From Octopus sinensis (lineage: Eukaryota): a DNA stretch of 64,000 bases. The notes beneath the pieces were generated by a model, which saw only the letters and a program-made list of their open reading frames with translations, was not told where the DNA came from and made no database searches. The stretch lies in the NCBI RefSeq assembly GCF_006345805.1, contig NC_042999.1, forward strand, positions 38,936,001 through 39,000,000, given 5' to 3'. Position 1 is the first letter of the stretch. Each line of letters begins with the position of its first letter. Position numbers and translations under genes: made by a program. Shown here piece by piece: positions 40,175 through 55,223 of the stretch.

Positions 40175-40282
<108 letters not shown>

Positions 40283-42072
40283 TCAAATACTCTTCCAATT
40301 ATCTTACACTAACCCACAAAATTGCAAATAAATAATTTTTAAAAACAGCTAATCTTCAGTGCTCATTTGTGACAACACTTTCTTAAAGTCACGAAGAGTG
40401 TTGAGGGACGGTTTAGATTTGTTGGAATGAATGTCTATGTAAGTTATAACAATAGTGTACACACAAAATTTACCTCTACATTTCTTTTTTCATTTTATGT
40501 GATGTAAAGTTTTAACAATCATTACACTCCCATCGAACATTAATTATACTATATTCCATGAGTCCTCATCAATTTTTGTGATACATACTCGAATTTTAAA
40601 CAGTGTGATTGCGTTCTTAAATACGTTCCATAGATCTGAATAACATCCTTCGATGAACAGTATATAAGATTTGTTGCTATTTGAAATGTAAGGCGTACTT
40701 TAATACTTCAATAAAATCCCAGATCATAAAATCAAGTACATATTTAGTGACTGAGGGATCAACAACAAGCACGTATACAGTTTGGACCTCTTGAACCTAT
40801 AATTCCTTAAGTCATATAAAAACCTCCCTAGTAATAAAATGAGCCAAGATTAGTTACACAAATTCTGTGTCAACACTAGTAGCGAAGGTTACGTAAGCCT
40901 ACTCCAAATAGTACTTTCAAGAAATGAGATCATATATAAATTATAGAGACACCAGTCTTTTGCAGAGACAATGTTAAAAAAAATATGAAACGTCACGACA
41001 AAAGAGATTTAAAAGTATGTACAGCGCACATCCAGGCTGTGTTTACGAAGTGGATAATAATAAAGAGCATATGAATGGACTATCACAATATATGGCTGCA
41101 ATACTTAGGGAACGATGCATGTTCTTGTCTCAGCCAATGGTACAATAATTGAATTTGTATCATACATGATAATTTTAATAACGATGTCACTGATATTGGT
41201 GAATTACCTACCAAAATCTGAAGCCTTCAAGAGCGGGGACTTCGATATCAAATGGTAGAAATCAACCATATTGCACTTGTTGAGTCTGAAAAGGTAGATG
41301 TCGGCAGAGATGCTCTCTCATCATACAATGAAATTAAAAGACACTACACAGGAATGACAGTCAGCGACTTCAATGTATGATATACACAGCATATGCGGGG
41401 ATAAGGAAAACTCCATGTTCCTGTTTTCTCTGTTTCGTTTTATCGGGGGACAGCTTGACCTCCGGAATGACTTCACCAACATCGAATGGTGTAGTATTGT
41501 CAGGACCCATGCGAGTCATAAAGTATAATCCACCAATCTGAAGGTTTTGTGAACAAGAAAAAGGAACTATTTTTATTCTTGCCATCAGAGGTGTACCTGG
41601 ACCTTAAAACACAGGCACATAGCAATCGAGAAATACCACTTAAGAGTTATCTACTCAATACGTAGGCCATGGCACTTAATCATGCCACTCGTACAGACAC
41701 CACTAAATCTGGTTACTGGCGCAGAACTGTTATCGCCACTATAGTATTACTCATTCACTAACGCAATAAACAATACCTCTGCCTCAAGAAATAGTGGTGT
41801 GAGCTGCCTAACAACAACCTGTCCTTTCGGGTTGAGCTGAGGGCAAATATGAGATTTGATGTCAAACCAATAACAACACACGCTCTAAGCGGAACAATAT
41901 AATCCTACCATTTATAAACAATCTTGGAAATGTTTCAGTTCTTGCTACTTGATTTTCTGGGATAGTTCTATGAGCCTACAAAAGTGTACGTTACATGAAT
42001 ACGGTTATGTTATATTTACATATATATATATATGTATATATATTGTATAAATATAAATATATACATTATATA

Positions 42073-42142
<70 letters not shown>

Positions 42143-44901
42143 CTTATATATATATATATATATATATATAAGCATGCTGACAATTATTTACATGTACACA
42201 GAAGGCACCACATACATATAAACATAATACATTTACATGTGCGTGTACGTTCATATGTGCATATGTATAGATATATTTGTGTGAGTGTGGAATTACAGAT
42301 TTAAAAAAAATAAATATAGTTAAGTATGAATATATTTTTCTGTATCAGATATTCGCCTTCAACTTAACAATCAAGATGGATTGAATATTCTCATTAAACT
42401 TATGCATCGATTGTCATTCTTGCTTTCGGCTATAAATTTTAGGCTTCATTATTCCAACAAAGTATGAACAAAAACGTATGTAGAGTTATATATACTGTTG
42501 TATAAACCATTAGTCCTAAAATCCTAAATCAATAATTCTGAACTTATTCAAAATGAAAGAAAATAGCAAGGACAGCCCAATCAAATACTTTCAATTCATG
42601 TTTGCTTTGTTTATCAAAGAAACTTCTTTGTCAAATTTGCACCAAGAACAACCCTAATGATTTTTATGTTGTTTATTCATTTACTCCTTAAATGATTTCA
42701 ATCATTTGACTGCTTCCATAAGACAGTAACATCTTTATGTAACTACGTCAATAACAATCAACTTAATACTTATTTAATGGGTGTTTTCTCTACTACTTGT
42801 TCTAAACATTACCGATTAGTTAACTTCGCTACTTGAACCAAAACTGCTGGTAGACATAGGAAAAGTTACATATACTCCACTATACACACGCACAAACACA
42901 ACATGAACATACGAACATTAATTTATGTATATATATATGTATATATATATTGTTCCTTTCATCTACAACCACATCTGGATGACTGTCTTTGTGTATAAAG
43001 AAAACATTATTAAAATCAAGATGACCCGATTTGCTTTAAATACGTAATACGTACAACATCAATCAGGTTCCCGATAAGTTATTTCTTTTTATTCATCAAT
43101 ACAAATTCTATGTCATTATGGCATTAATATACAGCAAGAGTTGTAACACTTTGTACAATAAATAATTTATAATATTAAAGTTATGTACCGGAGATTGGTG
43201 TTCAAAAACAGCTAAGCCACCCAGGTGTTACCGCGCAGACTATATATTACATGCAGTTCCATACAGGCATGATGGCGATTCGATAGCGAAGTTATGTGCG
43301 TTCGACGTCCATGTTTATCTAGAAGAATTATGCTAAATATTAGTGTCTATGATATGTATAGGAAGTAACTACATGTATAAAGTGATAATTTGCTATGTTT
43401 TCATGTATTAGCATACACATTTCCACTCACCCTTTCAATACTGTTTCGGGCACATTCATTCGCATAAGGACGCATATTGTGTGTTCTGTCAAGTTGTATA
43501 AGCTTTCTGCTGTACATAGTTTCGCAATTGTGCAAACGTAGCCAAGTGTATTACTATAGTTTTTCTTTGATTTTTGACATTATCGATTGCATTCTGCATT
43601 CTGAATGCAGAAACCGGGATGTTAGCTGCATCATATATCATTCTAAAACTTCTTGGGAGACTGAGTAGAAATAAACTGAATTAAAAATGTATAAATTATA
43701 CCAAATAAATATATAAATTGGTCATCTACAAAGCAATTTTTCACGACCATTTTCATAATTCATCTTACGTTAGAGTTAAAATCTTACAACATGACTTGTT
43801 TCCAAATACAAATATATCCATAAACATTCCATTATTTCAACAGGAATACAAGCGTATTACCAAGCCCTTGTACAATTAACTCAGTCACCTAAGAGCACCA
43901 ACGCCTACGTGAAAGAATTCGAATGAATCTTTGCTAACAAAACTAGAAGGTTGGAACATAGACCTGGGAATTTGAATTTTTGTATTAAATGTCCAAAGTT
44001 ATATTTGGTCATTGCGCAAAACAATGTTAATAAAAATATCTTCCAAGCTTCTGTGTATAAAGGAAGCAATATTGTTCTTTGCATTTTCTTTCCTTCGAAA
44101 ATACAAACTTAAGATTATTCCGATCACAACAAATGTTAGGACCAAATTAAACATGACGAAATTATTAACAATGATACACATACAAGAGAGATTAGACAAC
44201 ATTATAATAAATAACCTTGAAATTCATGGCCACAGAGTATTTCATACGTTATCAGCTAGTTTTCTGATATTAAAATATCTTCTATTAAAAATGTGGTCGT
44301 GCTTCAATATTTCAATATTGTAATTGTTAATGCAATAGTGTGATAATTAGTCAAACTTGCACTTGAAACAAATCTATTAGACTGACTTTGAAGAAAGACG
44401 TATACAACAGCACTTGCCCGTATTTCTTGGGAGGCAATGCATTTCTTAATTTTTGAAGTAAAAATGAGTGAAATATGAGGATTTAGAAAATAACTAATAT
44501 AATTCAATGAAGTATAGTAAAGAAAATCCTAACAAATACCTTACACTATGATAGACTTGATAGCAAAAAGATTCAATTTTAAGATTACATAATATTTCTG
44601 TTATATTGTCAATATGAAGCATATTAAAATGATCTGAATGTGTGTGATTTCTGTAAACATAACTCAAATTTTCATCACGACCCAGAGTGATAGCATGTTC
44701 TTTTAAAATATATCGATATTTCAATGGGCGTATGTATAAAATGTTGGGATATATATATTCTAAACGAAAATATTGACAGAAAGTATTACATGATTTATAT
44801 CAGATGAGTCCTGCATGAATATAAGTTAGAACTATAAACGACTAATATTGTTGTTAACAGTAAAACAATAACTTCAAGCAAGTATCCAACCTAGGAATAT
44901 T

Positions 44902-45048
<147 letters not shown>

Positions 45049-45591
45049 GTACCAGGCAGCGGCTCTCATGGCTTCTGATCTTAACTGATTGGAAGTGTTA
45101 TCATGTACATTGTTTTGTCTTGGTATAAAAGATGGGCTACAGCAAATATTCTGCTCAATACCACAGATTTGCTTGTCAGTTTTTTGACCATAACCAGTTG
45201 AGCATGTCCCTTAGTGGCTGACGATATGTGCATCTCTGATCACGAGCAGAAGTAGTGGGGGAGCATCATAGCCATGTGTTGAGAGGGATTGTTTGAAGTT
45301 TGAATAGTTCACCTCTGGAAACATGGGTGGTTCCTTCAACATCCTTAAACAACCCTTATTCAGGGACTGTTTGAGCAGGATGGGCTACTTAACCTGAAGA
45401 AAATTCTAACTGGGCCCCATCTGCAAGGTCATATGCTGTTTATCTTGATATGAGATCACCATGTCGCGCACATATGGTTGTGATGCATGTGCCTGGTGTG
45501 CCTTTATCAGACGGGTAGTCATGATGGGTATATTGGGCTTCGTATATTTTACCCCAGTGTCACTTCGATGGCATGAACTGCTCTCTCACTC
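45049..45591 (+). mobile_element. About 540 bp non-coding interspersed element embedded in (AAT)n
   Basis: Flanked on both sides by (AAT)n; partial copies at 7329-7490 and about 21905-21935. Orientation is assumed. Confidence 0.7.
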
Positions 45592-45636
<45 letters not shown>

Positions 45637-45649
45637 AATAATAATAATC

Positions 45650-45690
<41 letters not shown>

Positions 45691-46265
45691 TAGTGTCACA
45701 GTAAATACACTGGTAATTGCGCAACCTGATAATCGCAACCACAGAAGTGTGACAATGGAAAAACAAAATATTGTGAATAACGGTGGTAATGAACCTGAAC
45801 CCATTGATTGTGACAGTGTTACACCCTATAGGTTCCGAGATTCTGGTCTGGCTCCAGCCTGTCGATATCCAGAAACGGATCACCATACGATGCGTAGATG
45901 GAGCAAGCACATTAAAGTTGTCGTCATAGATGTTACTACCTGAGCAGCCCGGTAGATGAAAATGGTGTTGAAATTAGAGATTAACGAGAACGTATATATG
46001 ATTAATGGAGAGAAAATTGATTGTTTCAGCTCACGGAATAGAGACTATGTGATTAAGCTAGAGCAATAAGAAAATTTGTTGTTTTACAGAAGTAGAGTTC
46101 GAAGCTATCAAAAGACGGGTCATGAAAAATTGCAGCAGAGGTAATAATGAAAATACAGTTCTTACTAATAAGAGTAATCCCATAGCACAGGAAAGGAGCA
46201 GTGGTAGTTTACTTGATGAGAGACATATAGATGATCTGAAGGAAGACAATAAAACTAATGGTGAC
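45691..46265 (+). mobile_element. 5' end of R4/Dong-like LINE (copy F), homologous to 18025-18600
   Basis: Same 5' boundary (tagtg..tcaca..ggt.attgcgcaacctgataat), collinear homology, and preceded by (AAT)n. Confidence 0.85.
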
Positions 46266-46467
46266 TAAAACTAAAGCAACATAACATTTGTTTCTTCTGG
46301 TGCATACATTGTTAATATAAAAGTTCGAAATAATAATAACCTTTAATATTCAGTACGTACACTTTGGAAACCTATCCTGCATTTCCCCGACAAATCTCTA
46401 AGAAATCACTGTTGTTATAGGCCCTTTACTTCAATGAACTAAAAACGGTTCGATAATTACACGTTTT

Positions 46468-46800
46468 GTGGAGGCGCAATGGCCCAGTAGTTAGGGCAGC
46501 GGACTCGCGATCGATGGGTCGGGGTTTCGATTACCAGACCGGGCGTTGTGTGTGTTTATTGAGTGAAAACACCTAAAAGCTCCACGCGGCTCCGGCAGGG
46601 GTGGTGGCGACCCCCGTTGTTCTCTTTCGCCCCAACTTTCTCTCACTCTCTCTTCCTGTGTCTTGAGTAACGCTACGATGGACTGATGTCCCGTCCAGGT
46701 GCGGGGGGGGGGACATATACGTCATAGAAAACGGGAAACCGCGCCCATAAGCCTGGCTAGGCTTGAAAAGGGAGCATAAATAAAATAAAATAAATAAATG
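46468..46800 (+). mobile_element. SINE family B, full length
   Basis: tRNA-like head, (TAAA)n tail, and 8 bp repeat cacgtttt at 46460-46467 and 46801-46808. Confidence 0.9.
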
Positions 46801-47183
46801 CACGTTTTATCATAAGAAAATATAAACATGCAGCTCTTTATATTTGAGCTATGTATAGATAGTTATAGTTAAACTCAAAATCCCAACGCCTACTCAAGAT
46901 GACCTTTATCAATAAACGGTATACTATTTCTACATCGACTTCATTTCTCTCCTAAAGTATATATAATTGCAGCAGAATTTACTTTACACAGATGGCATTT
47001 CTTTCACTCAATATTTGAGACAGAATAGAATACCTTATCTCAAAAGACGTGTTTTTCAAGCAGAAAGTAATTGCTGTCAATCATTTTCAAATACTTTCTC
47101 TCTCTCCCCCTCTCTATCTATTTATCTATGTATCTATGTATCTATGTATCTCTCTGTCTGTCTGTCTGTCTGTCTGTCTCTCC

Positions 47184-47252
<69 letters not shown>

Positions 47253-48068
47253 ATTTTCTTCTTCTCTCTCTCTATCACTCCGTCTCTCCTGACTTTAAAA
47301 AAAATGTTAAACAACAAGGGAGATAGTTATTGATTATAATATAACAAAAAGAATACATGACTGTCTTAGAAATGATGATATGCGAACGACAAATTAACGA
47401 CTGACAAAAACATCCATTAGCACGTGTGAACGTTATTTGAGAAATCTGAATTTAAAACTCTGAATGAAATTCTTTATAAAATCTGTACAAATTATCCTAC
47501 ATTACTCCACATTCTCTTCATATCATATACAAGTGATGGATCTAAATATTCGATATGATAGGAAAATAAGACTTTTATCAAGAACGGTAATATACACAAG
47601 AAACAGAGTCGTCTTCGACCACATGTTCACTTAGAATATGTTGCCAGATAAAGATTTAACAAATGCAAATCTAAACGTAGAAAAGAGTAGAAAATCTAAA
47701 AGAATAAAGAAAGCAGCCTACAAATTCCTCAATGAAATACTAAACGAATTTGAAATACTACAATTGAATTATATGTATTCTATATTAACTTACGTTAGTC
47801 ATGTAAGACTCCAAGCAAATTTATGATATAGGGAACAAGAGACAGCTTTAAAAACATACTAAAAGCAGATTAGCTTGATTTCTTTTATAACGACGCTGTT
47901 CTTAGTAGTCTGAAAACACTTGCATTTATCATAAAGCTATAATAAATATTCATTCGCAGATTAATGGATGCCGACATTACTGTATACTTTTAGGCAAGAA
48001 GTCAGAAAAAAGATTAATTTTATTTATACATGCACACCTCCATACATACATACATACATATATATATA

Positions 48069-48132
<64 letters not shown>

Positions 48133-49005
48133 ATGTGTGTGTATATGTGTGTGTGTGTATGTGTCTGTGCTTGTGTGTGTGTTTAAGTTCTTTTTCAGCT
48201 GTGTCACTGGGATAAACTATTTAGGTGCGTCCTGAGTTATTATATTGGATCTAATAAAATATAAAATATATGAAGATATTTAGTCAAACCAGTGTTTCGA
48301 CGATTGTAAACAATTTGTCTGCACAATATGCATGCAGTCAGAAAAAAAAGGAACACCTACAGTCGAATTTCCACAGTTTTTTTCTTCATCAGTATCTTTG
48401 CACTTCACCTTCAACTATCCACAAACACACCCTGCACGGACGAACTAATTATAGAGTATTTTTAAATCTGTGTTACCAACGAGATTCAACATTAAATTAA
48501 TGGACATAACGATGTGTCATTTTATTAATAGAATGTACTATAAGCATATCAGTAGTTTTTGTCTTAGAAAACGCTGTTTTAGGACGTGTGTATGCAATGT
48601 CAAGTTTGTGTTTGTGATATCACTGAATATAGAAAATCATGATTTTTTTTCTTTCTGGGACCAATTTTATGGTAGTCCTCTGAAATTTCCTTAACTGATA
48701 ACTAACCTTATTTCTCTCCAATTTATTTATTTCTTATATGAAATACTTATTAATTTGTTTTAGACTATTTCAGAATTTTAAAACTTACAATTATTTTATG
48801 AAATACAATTATGCAATTATAGAATTATTTTATTAATAAAATTTGTAAAATACCCGAAAAAAATTTCCCGCATTTTCCCACTGCATCTACAAAATAGCAT
48901 CCACCAAATGCACGTCTACGGATCAATTGGAATTACACCAATACTTCCACACACACACACACACATATATATGTAATATATTATATATGTGTGTGTAATA
49001 AATAC

Positions 49006-49074
<69 letters not shown>

Positions 49075-49098
49075 ATGTGTGAGTGTAATATAGCATAT

Positions 49099-49142
<44 letters not shown>

Positions 49143-49488
49143 TATATGTGTGCTTAACAGTGAATATCTTTTTGTGTTTGCATGTGGGGGTGTGCATAAA
49201 TACATATTTTGTTGCAAGTGGATTTAAATAGTTTGAGTTCAAATTTATGCGTATGAAAAGAGATGTAAAATCAAAACAGTTTACCCAGAGAAGTATTTCA
49301 CCTTCTACATTCCTAGTACCCTATATTTATCTGGATTCACAATACATATCTGAGCATATATGCTCGATATCTAATCCAAATAGATTTGTTAAAGTATGGA
49401 TGTCGTTAAAACTATATAATTACAATTGATTTATTTTGTATCAAAAGTATGAAGAACGAATTCATCTATCGTGAAATGCAGTTGTATT

Positions 49489-49871
49489 CTTTTCTACTCT
49501 AGGAACAAGGCCCGAAATTTTTGTGGAGGGAGCCCATCGATTTGATACACCCCAATACGTAAGTGATACTTAGTTATCGACCCCGAAAGGAAAGAAGGCA
49601 AAGTCGACCCCGGCAGAATTTGAACTCAGAACGAAATACCTATTTCTTTACTACCCACAAGGGGCTAAACACGGAGGAGACAAACAAGGACAGACAAACG
49701 GATTAAGTCGATTATATCGATCCCAGTGCGTAACTGGTACTTATTTTATCGACCCCGCGAAGATGAAAGGCAAAGTCGACCTCGGCGTAATTTGAACTCA
49801 GAACGTAGCGGCAGACGAAATCGGCTACGCATTTCGCCCGGCGTGCTAACGTTTCTGCCATCTCGCCGTCC
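49489..49871 (-). mobile_element. SINE family D head-to-tail dimer
   Basis: Junction GGTATTTCG at 49632-49640. One 17 bp TSD (49472-49488 and 49872-49888, 1 mismatch) brackets the whole dimer. Confidence 0.92.
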
Positions 49872-50616
49872 TGAAATGCAATTGTATTATTAGTTTTATT
49901 TTTATGTTACCGGAAGAAAAAAAAAATCGAAAGACTTCCCTTTCAGCACTTGAGATATTGTGTTCAAATGGCACCGATGTTGACTCTGATTTCAAGCTTC
50001 TGTGTTGATAAAATAAGCAACAATCGAGAGCACACAAAAGTGTGCAAAAATAAGAATGGTTTAGTAGTTATTTTCATGGCTTTCAACAAATCTAAAATTT
50101 AATAGAAAATGCATGGACGCTATACTCTTTCTGCGCGTTAGCAGCATATACAATATTATATCACTCTATATTTCGTAAGAAACGTAACTATTGAACGATT
50201 AACGATCTTTTGACTATAGTTGGCCGACTCTTATAAAATAGAAAGTAGTAACAACAGGAGACTCGTCAATAATTTAACCAGTTCTTTTTATTTATTTCCA
50301 TATTGCACCCATAGATATACTAAGGATAGCAAAATAGTAATTATCTTTGAATTTGCGGTAAAGGAAGTAAATAAGAATCCATAGTCTACCTTCCCTAACT
50401 TACAATTTGATTTCATACACTTCATTTGTGCGTAGCGCAAAATCCCATGTGATATTTTCCTTCAATTACTAGGAAAAAGCGAAATGCGTTCCCAAATTAG
50501 GACACCGAAAATAAATAATAATAAAATTAGGAACTTTCTTCGCAGAATGTATTTTTAGATACGTAATGAAATGTTCCACCACTGACAGAAATGAAACAGT
50601 CACTGTTTCTGCAGAT

Positions 50617-51011
50617 TATAGAAATTCTTCTTCTTCTTCTTCTTCTTCTTCTTCTTCTTCTTCTTCTTCTTCTTCTTCTTCTTCTTCTTTTTCTTCTTCT
50701 TCTTCTCTTCTTCTTCTTTTCTTCTTCTTTTCTTCTTCTTTTTCCTTCTTCTTCTTTTCTTCTTCTTTTCTTTTTCTTCTTCTTCTTTTCTTCTTCTTCT
50801 TCTTCTTTTTCTCCTTCTTTTTTTCTTCTTCTTCTTTTTCTTCTTCTTTTTCTTCTTCTTCTTTTTCTTCTTCTTCTTCTTCTTCTTCTTCTTCTTTTTC
50901 TCCTTCTTTTTTTTCTTCTTCTTCTTCGTCTTCTTCTTCTTCTTCTTCTTCTTCTCCTCCTTCTTCTTCTTCTTCTTCTTCTTCTTCTTCTTTTTCTCAT
51001 TATCATTATTA

Positions 51012-51072
<61 letters not shown>
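50617..51072. repeat. Interrupted (TTC)n purine/pyrimidine tract followed by (ATT)n
   Basis: Direct reading of the sequence; explains the poly-S, poly-L and poly-R ORFs. Confidence 0.95.
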
Positions 51073-51489
51073 TTGTGGGAGTCAATTTTCTGCTATATGC
51101 TATGCTGAAAACATACGAAATCTAATTAACAATCATAATTTTAAAATGTTCCACGATGATATAACATATATTATCTACAGCAGCAAGAAAATTGAAAATT
51201 ACTGTATAATTGTCTTTCGGGGGATATAGAAAAGCAAGGAAAGAGCAATGGAAACGAAATAAAATATAAAATAAACCACGCGTTTAAATGCGTGATGCTA
51301 AATGCAATTATAGATTCACGATGTAGGAACGTTCGCTTTTGTAACTAGAAAATATTGATGTTGCCGTAAAGTAAAGCGTTCCTAGTAATAACGAACATGC
51401 TCCATAAATGCTTCACCTCTCTCCAACGCCCAGAGAGTGCAACACATACATATATTATTTTTTTTTAGATCACTATGTATTGATTTAAA

Positions 51490-51697
51490 TTTTTGGCACA
51501 AGGCCTGGAATTGGGAGGAGGAAGGGGGAAGTCGATTACAGCAATTCCAGTACTAAACTGGTAATTATTTTAACAACTCCGAAAGGATGAATGGTATAGT
51601 CGACCACGGCCAAATTTGAACTCAAAACGTGAAGACGGATGACATGCCGCTAAGTATTTCATCCGACTTACTAACGATTCTACCATCTCGCCGCCTT
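51490..51697 (-). mobile_element. Diverged SINE family D copy
   Basis: Head ggcggcgagatggtagaatcgttag and central domain are recognisable. Confidence 0.75.
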
Positions 51698-51820
51698 TAC
51701 ATCACTTAATATTGAGTGTAATTTTTGTCTCTGTGAGGGGAATACATAGAAAGCTGCATATTAAATGTAGTAAACTTCAATAAATATTCCCATTTATCTA
51801 TTCACATAAATGAAGTATTC

Positions 51821-52318
<498 letters not shown>

Positions 52319-52384
52319 ATATAACAACATGTATAGAAGCATCAAATTGTGGATCGAAAATAGCAACTTGGGGACGAGTGCGAA

Positions 52385-52550
52385 GTCAACTATATTGAAG
52401 CCAGTGCTGGATTGGTACTTATTTTATCGACACCAACGACTGGAAGGCAAATTCAATCTCGACGGCATTTGAGTACACATCATAAAGCGTTAAGAACTGC
52501 TGCTAAACATTTTCTCTCATGTACCTACGATTCTGGCAGTTCGCCTTCCA
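52385..52550 (-). mobile_element. Old SINE family D remnant
   Basis: actggtac-like block, tatcgac, gaaggcaaa and gcatttgagtac align with family D. Confidence 0.6.
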
Positions 52551-52804
52551 CCTTAGATAAATGTACAATGAAATTGTCCCGCAAACATAGTGTCAATTTC
52601 TAATTATTCTTTCGGTTCTTTCAAAAACGCTGTAAAATTTCTAATTTGACACGCATTCATTGACTTGCAATGAAGGAAGTTTGGAATTTTTTTGATAAAT
52701 TTTCAGACCAGCTTGGACTGCTGTTTTTATAAGGAGGCGCCTTTCTCTCAGATTATACACATTAGCATTCATCTGTCACTCTCCTGCTTTCGTTTCTATT
52801 CGTT

Positions 52805-52864
<60 letters not shown>

Positions 52865-53477
52865 TCCCTCTCTCACTCTACTTCTCTCTCTTTCTCTTAG
52901 TCAGTGTTTTCGTTCTCCTTCTCTCTCTCTCTCTCCGGGGACTGGCAAACGGTTACTGACAGAAGATTGTTCTTTATCTACAGCGCTGTCTGATGTATGA
53001 CTTTTGTTTGTATTTCATAAGAATGTCAATATTTTCATGAAATCCTCATAACTGTCATGCTATAGATTTTTTTACATTTAATTTTCTAAATAATAATGAT
53101 GTATCATGTATTTTTTCACATTCCATGGAATAAAAATAATCATATGTTTCTTCTTTCCTTCTTTATAATATAATTTCCTCATATTGTGTGCGTTCTTGAT
53201 TTTATTTGAAATTTTCCCCTATCTTTTTTGTTCTAGAAAATATTACTGCTACTATATTTATACCAGTTTGCAAATGGAGAATTTGGTTTCTTGAGCGTGA
53301 TGCCATATATAGTTCTACTACAATTATTCATTAACGTAAAATTGTTTTTGTGTAGTGAGACTGCAATAAACGTATTTATTACGTTTGTAGATTTAAGTAC
53401 ACGTCTTTTTAGAGAAGGAGGCGGCGCACTTCTGGATCAGACTGACAGCATTTACACGACAAAAACGATAATAGTCA

Positions 53478-53752
53478 CCCTTTTCAAGCCTAGCCATGCT
53501 CATGGGCCCGGTTTCCCAGATTCTGTAGCGTAGATGTTCCCCCCAGCTGGACGGGACGTCAGTCCATCGCAGCGTTACTCAAGAAACAAGAAGAAAGAGT
53601 GAGAGAAATTTTGGCAAAAGAGTATAAAAGAGTACACCACCCCCTGCCGGAGCATCGTGGAGCTTTTAGGTATTTTCGCTCAATAAATACACACAGCTCC
53701 CGCTCTGGGAATCGAGTCCGCTGCCCTAACCACAGGGCCATTGCGCATCCAC
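53478..53752 (-). mobile_element. SINE family B
   Basis: Reverse-complement homology to 46468-46800. Confidence 0.88.
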
Positions 53753-54992
53753 GACGACATTCAAAACCGAACCGTTAACTGGTAGACTAAACGGATTCTA
53801 TTAGATGAAATAACTCAACAGCATCTAGCCGGATGCTCCTTAAACTGCTTGTGTCGACGAGTGGTGACCTGCTGAGAAAAGTCCCACTCAAACAGCAGGG
53901 AAAAATGGATAACTTCTGGCCAATAATTCTGCAAAATGCATTTGAATATTTAGACAAAATTGCTGCTGTTGAAGTTGGATTGAGAAACTCCGAAACATGA
54001 GCGATTCGTGACAGATCTATCAACAACATTCACCTCAAGTGATACATCACACACAGAGTCGTTACTACCCTTTTCAACTCAGATATATGTAGATGAGTTT
54101 AACGAGTAGAAGAGAGTTAGCGCTCATTACTTTTCTGTCTTATTAACAGCCAGCCTTAATCTCCTGTTCAGAGGCTTGATCGGTGAAATATATAGTGATC
54201 AAACATAATCTCTCTCCCCCTGTCACTCTCTCTTTCTCTCTTTCCTCTCAGTGTCTTTCTCCCCCCCTCTCTGTCTATCACACACCGTAAGTTCATGACT
54301 GCATGGGTTACACAACGTCAGAATGACCGTGTCGGACACATACCCATGATCATTTTGTTTCACTATTGAGGATCTGTTGTAGCTATTAAATGCTTATCGC
54401 ATTTAATAGATATCTGAGTATCAATAAATAAATAAATAAATAACAAAGCATTAAGATTTTCCAACAAAAAAAGCAAACAAAAACATTCAGTAATTTACCT
54501 AGCACCTTAACAGTGATGCAAAAATGTGTTGTAACTGAACATCTACATAACCGCCAGAAACATAGAAGAGTTTCATTTACTCATGTTGCAAGTCGCAGGA
54601 AGTTTCTGAATATGAGCTGAGCAAAGCAAGGGGAATAATTGAGAAGGAAGTTTCTTTCCACTTTAGCAAATAATTTTCCTCAGTGAAAATGTAGTAAAAT
54701 AAGCTGCAGATGATTTTACAAATTAGTCAAACTTTCTTTTTCTATTTTGCTGAAAATTTCGAACTGAATTAAGTTTGTATTGTATCCCCTCAAAAGGAGC
54801 AGGTATTACTGAATCATTTGCCAGGTGTGTATGACGCTGGATCAAGTCAATAATGAGGCACACATGCAGGGGCCCCACTATATTTTAAGGAAAAGATCAG
54901 TGTAACATTATGATACAGTGTTGTAGATGCGGAACATTGCATTCATTGTTGTCTAAGTAAGATATTACTAGTAGAATTTGAGTGCAGATATC

Positions 54993-55223
54993 TATTTCTT
55001 TGCTACCCACAAGGGGCTAAACACAGAGGGGACAAACAAGGACAGACAAAGGGATTGAGTCGACTACATCGACCCCAGTGCGTAACTAGTACTTAATTTA
55101 TCGACCCCGAAAGGATGAAAGGCAAAGTCAACCTCGACGGAATTTGAACTCGGAACGTAACGACAGACAAAATACGGCTACGAATTTCGCCCGGCGTGCT
55201 AACGTTTCTACCGGCTCGCCGCC
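54993..55223 (-). mobile_element. SINE family D, long-tail monomer
   Basis: Exact 16 bp TSD tttgagtgcagatatc at 54977-54992 and 55224-55239. Confidence 0.93.

Noticed and set aside
48355-48395. Minus-strand CTGATGA..GAAA..GTA motif
   Set aside because: No stem I or stem II pairing.
50527-51229. Long poly-R, poly-S and poly-L ORFs
   Set aside because: Translations of (TTC)n and (ATT)n repeats. The same applies to the many YIYI, poly-I and poly-V ORFs elsewhere.
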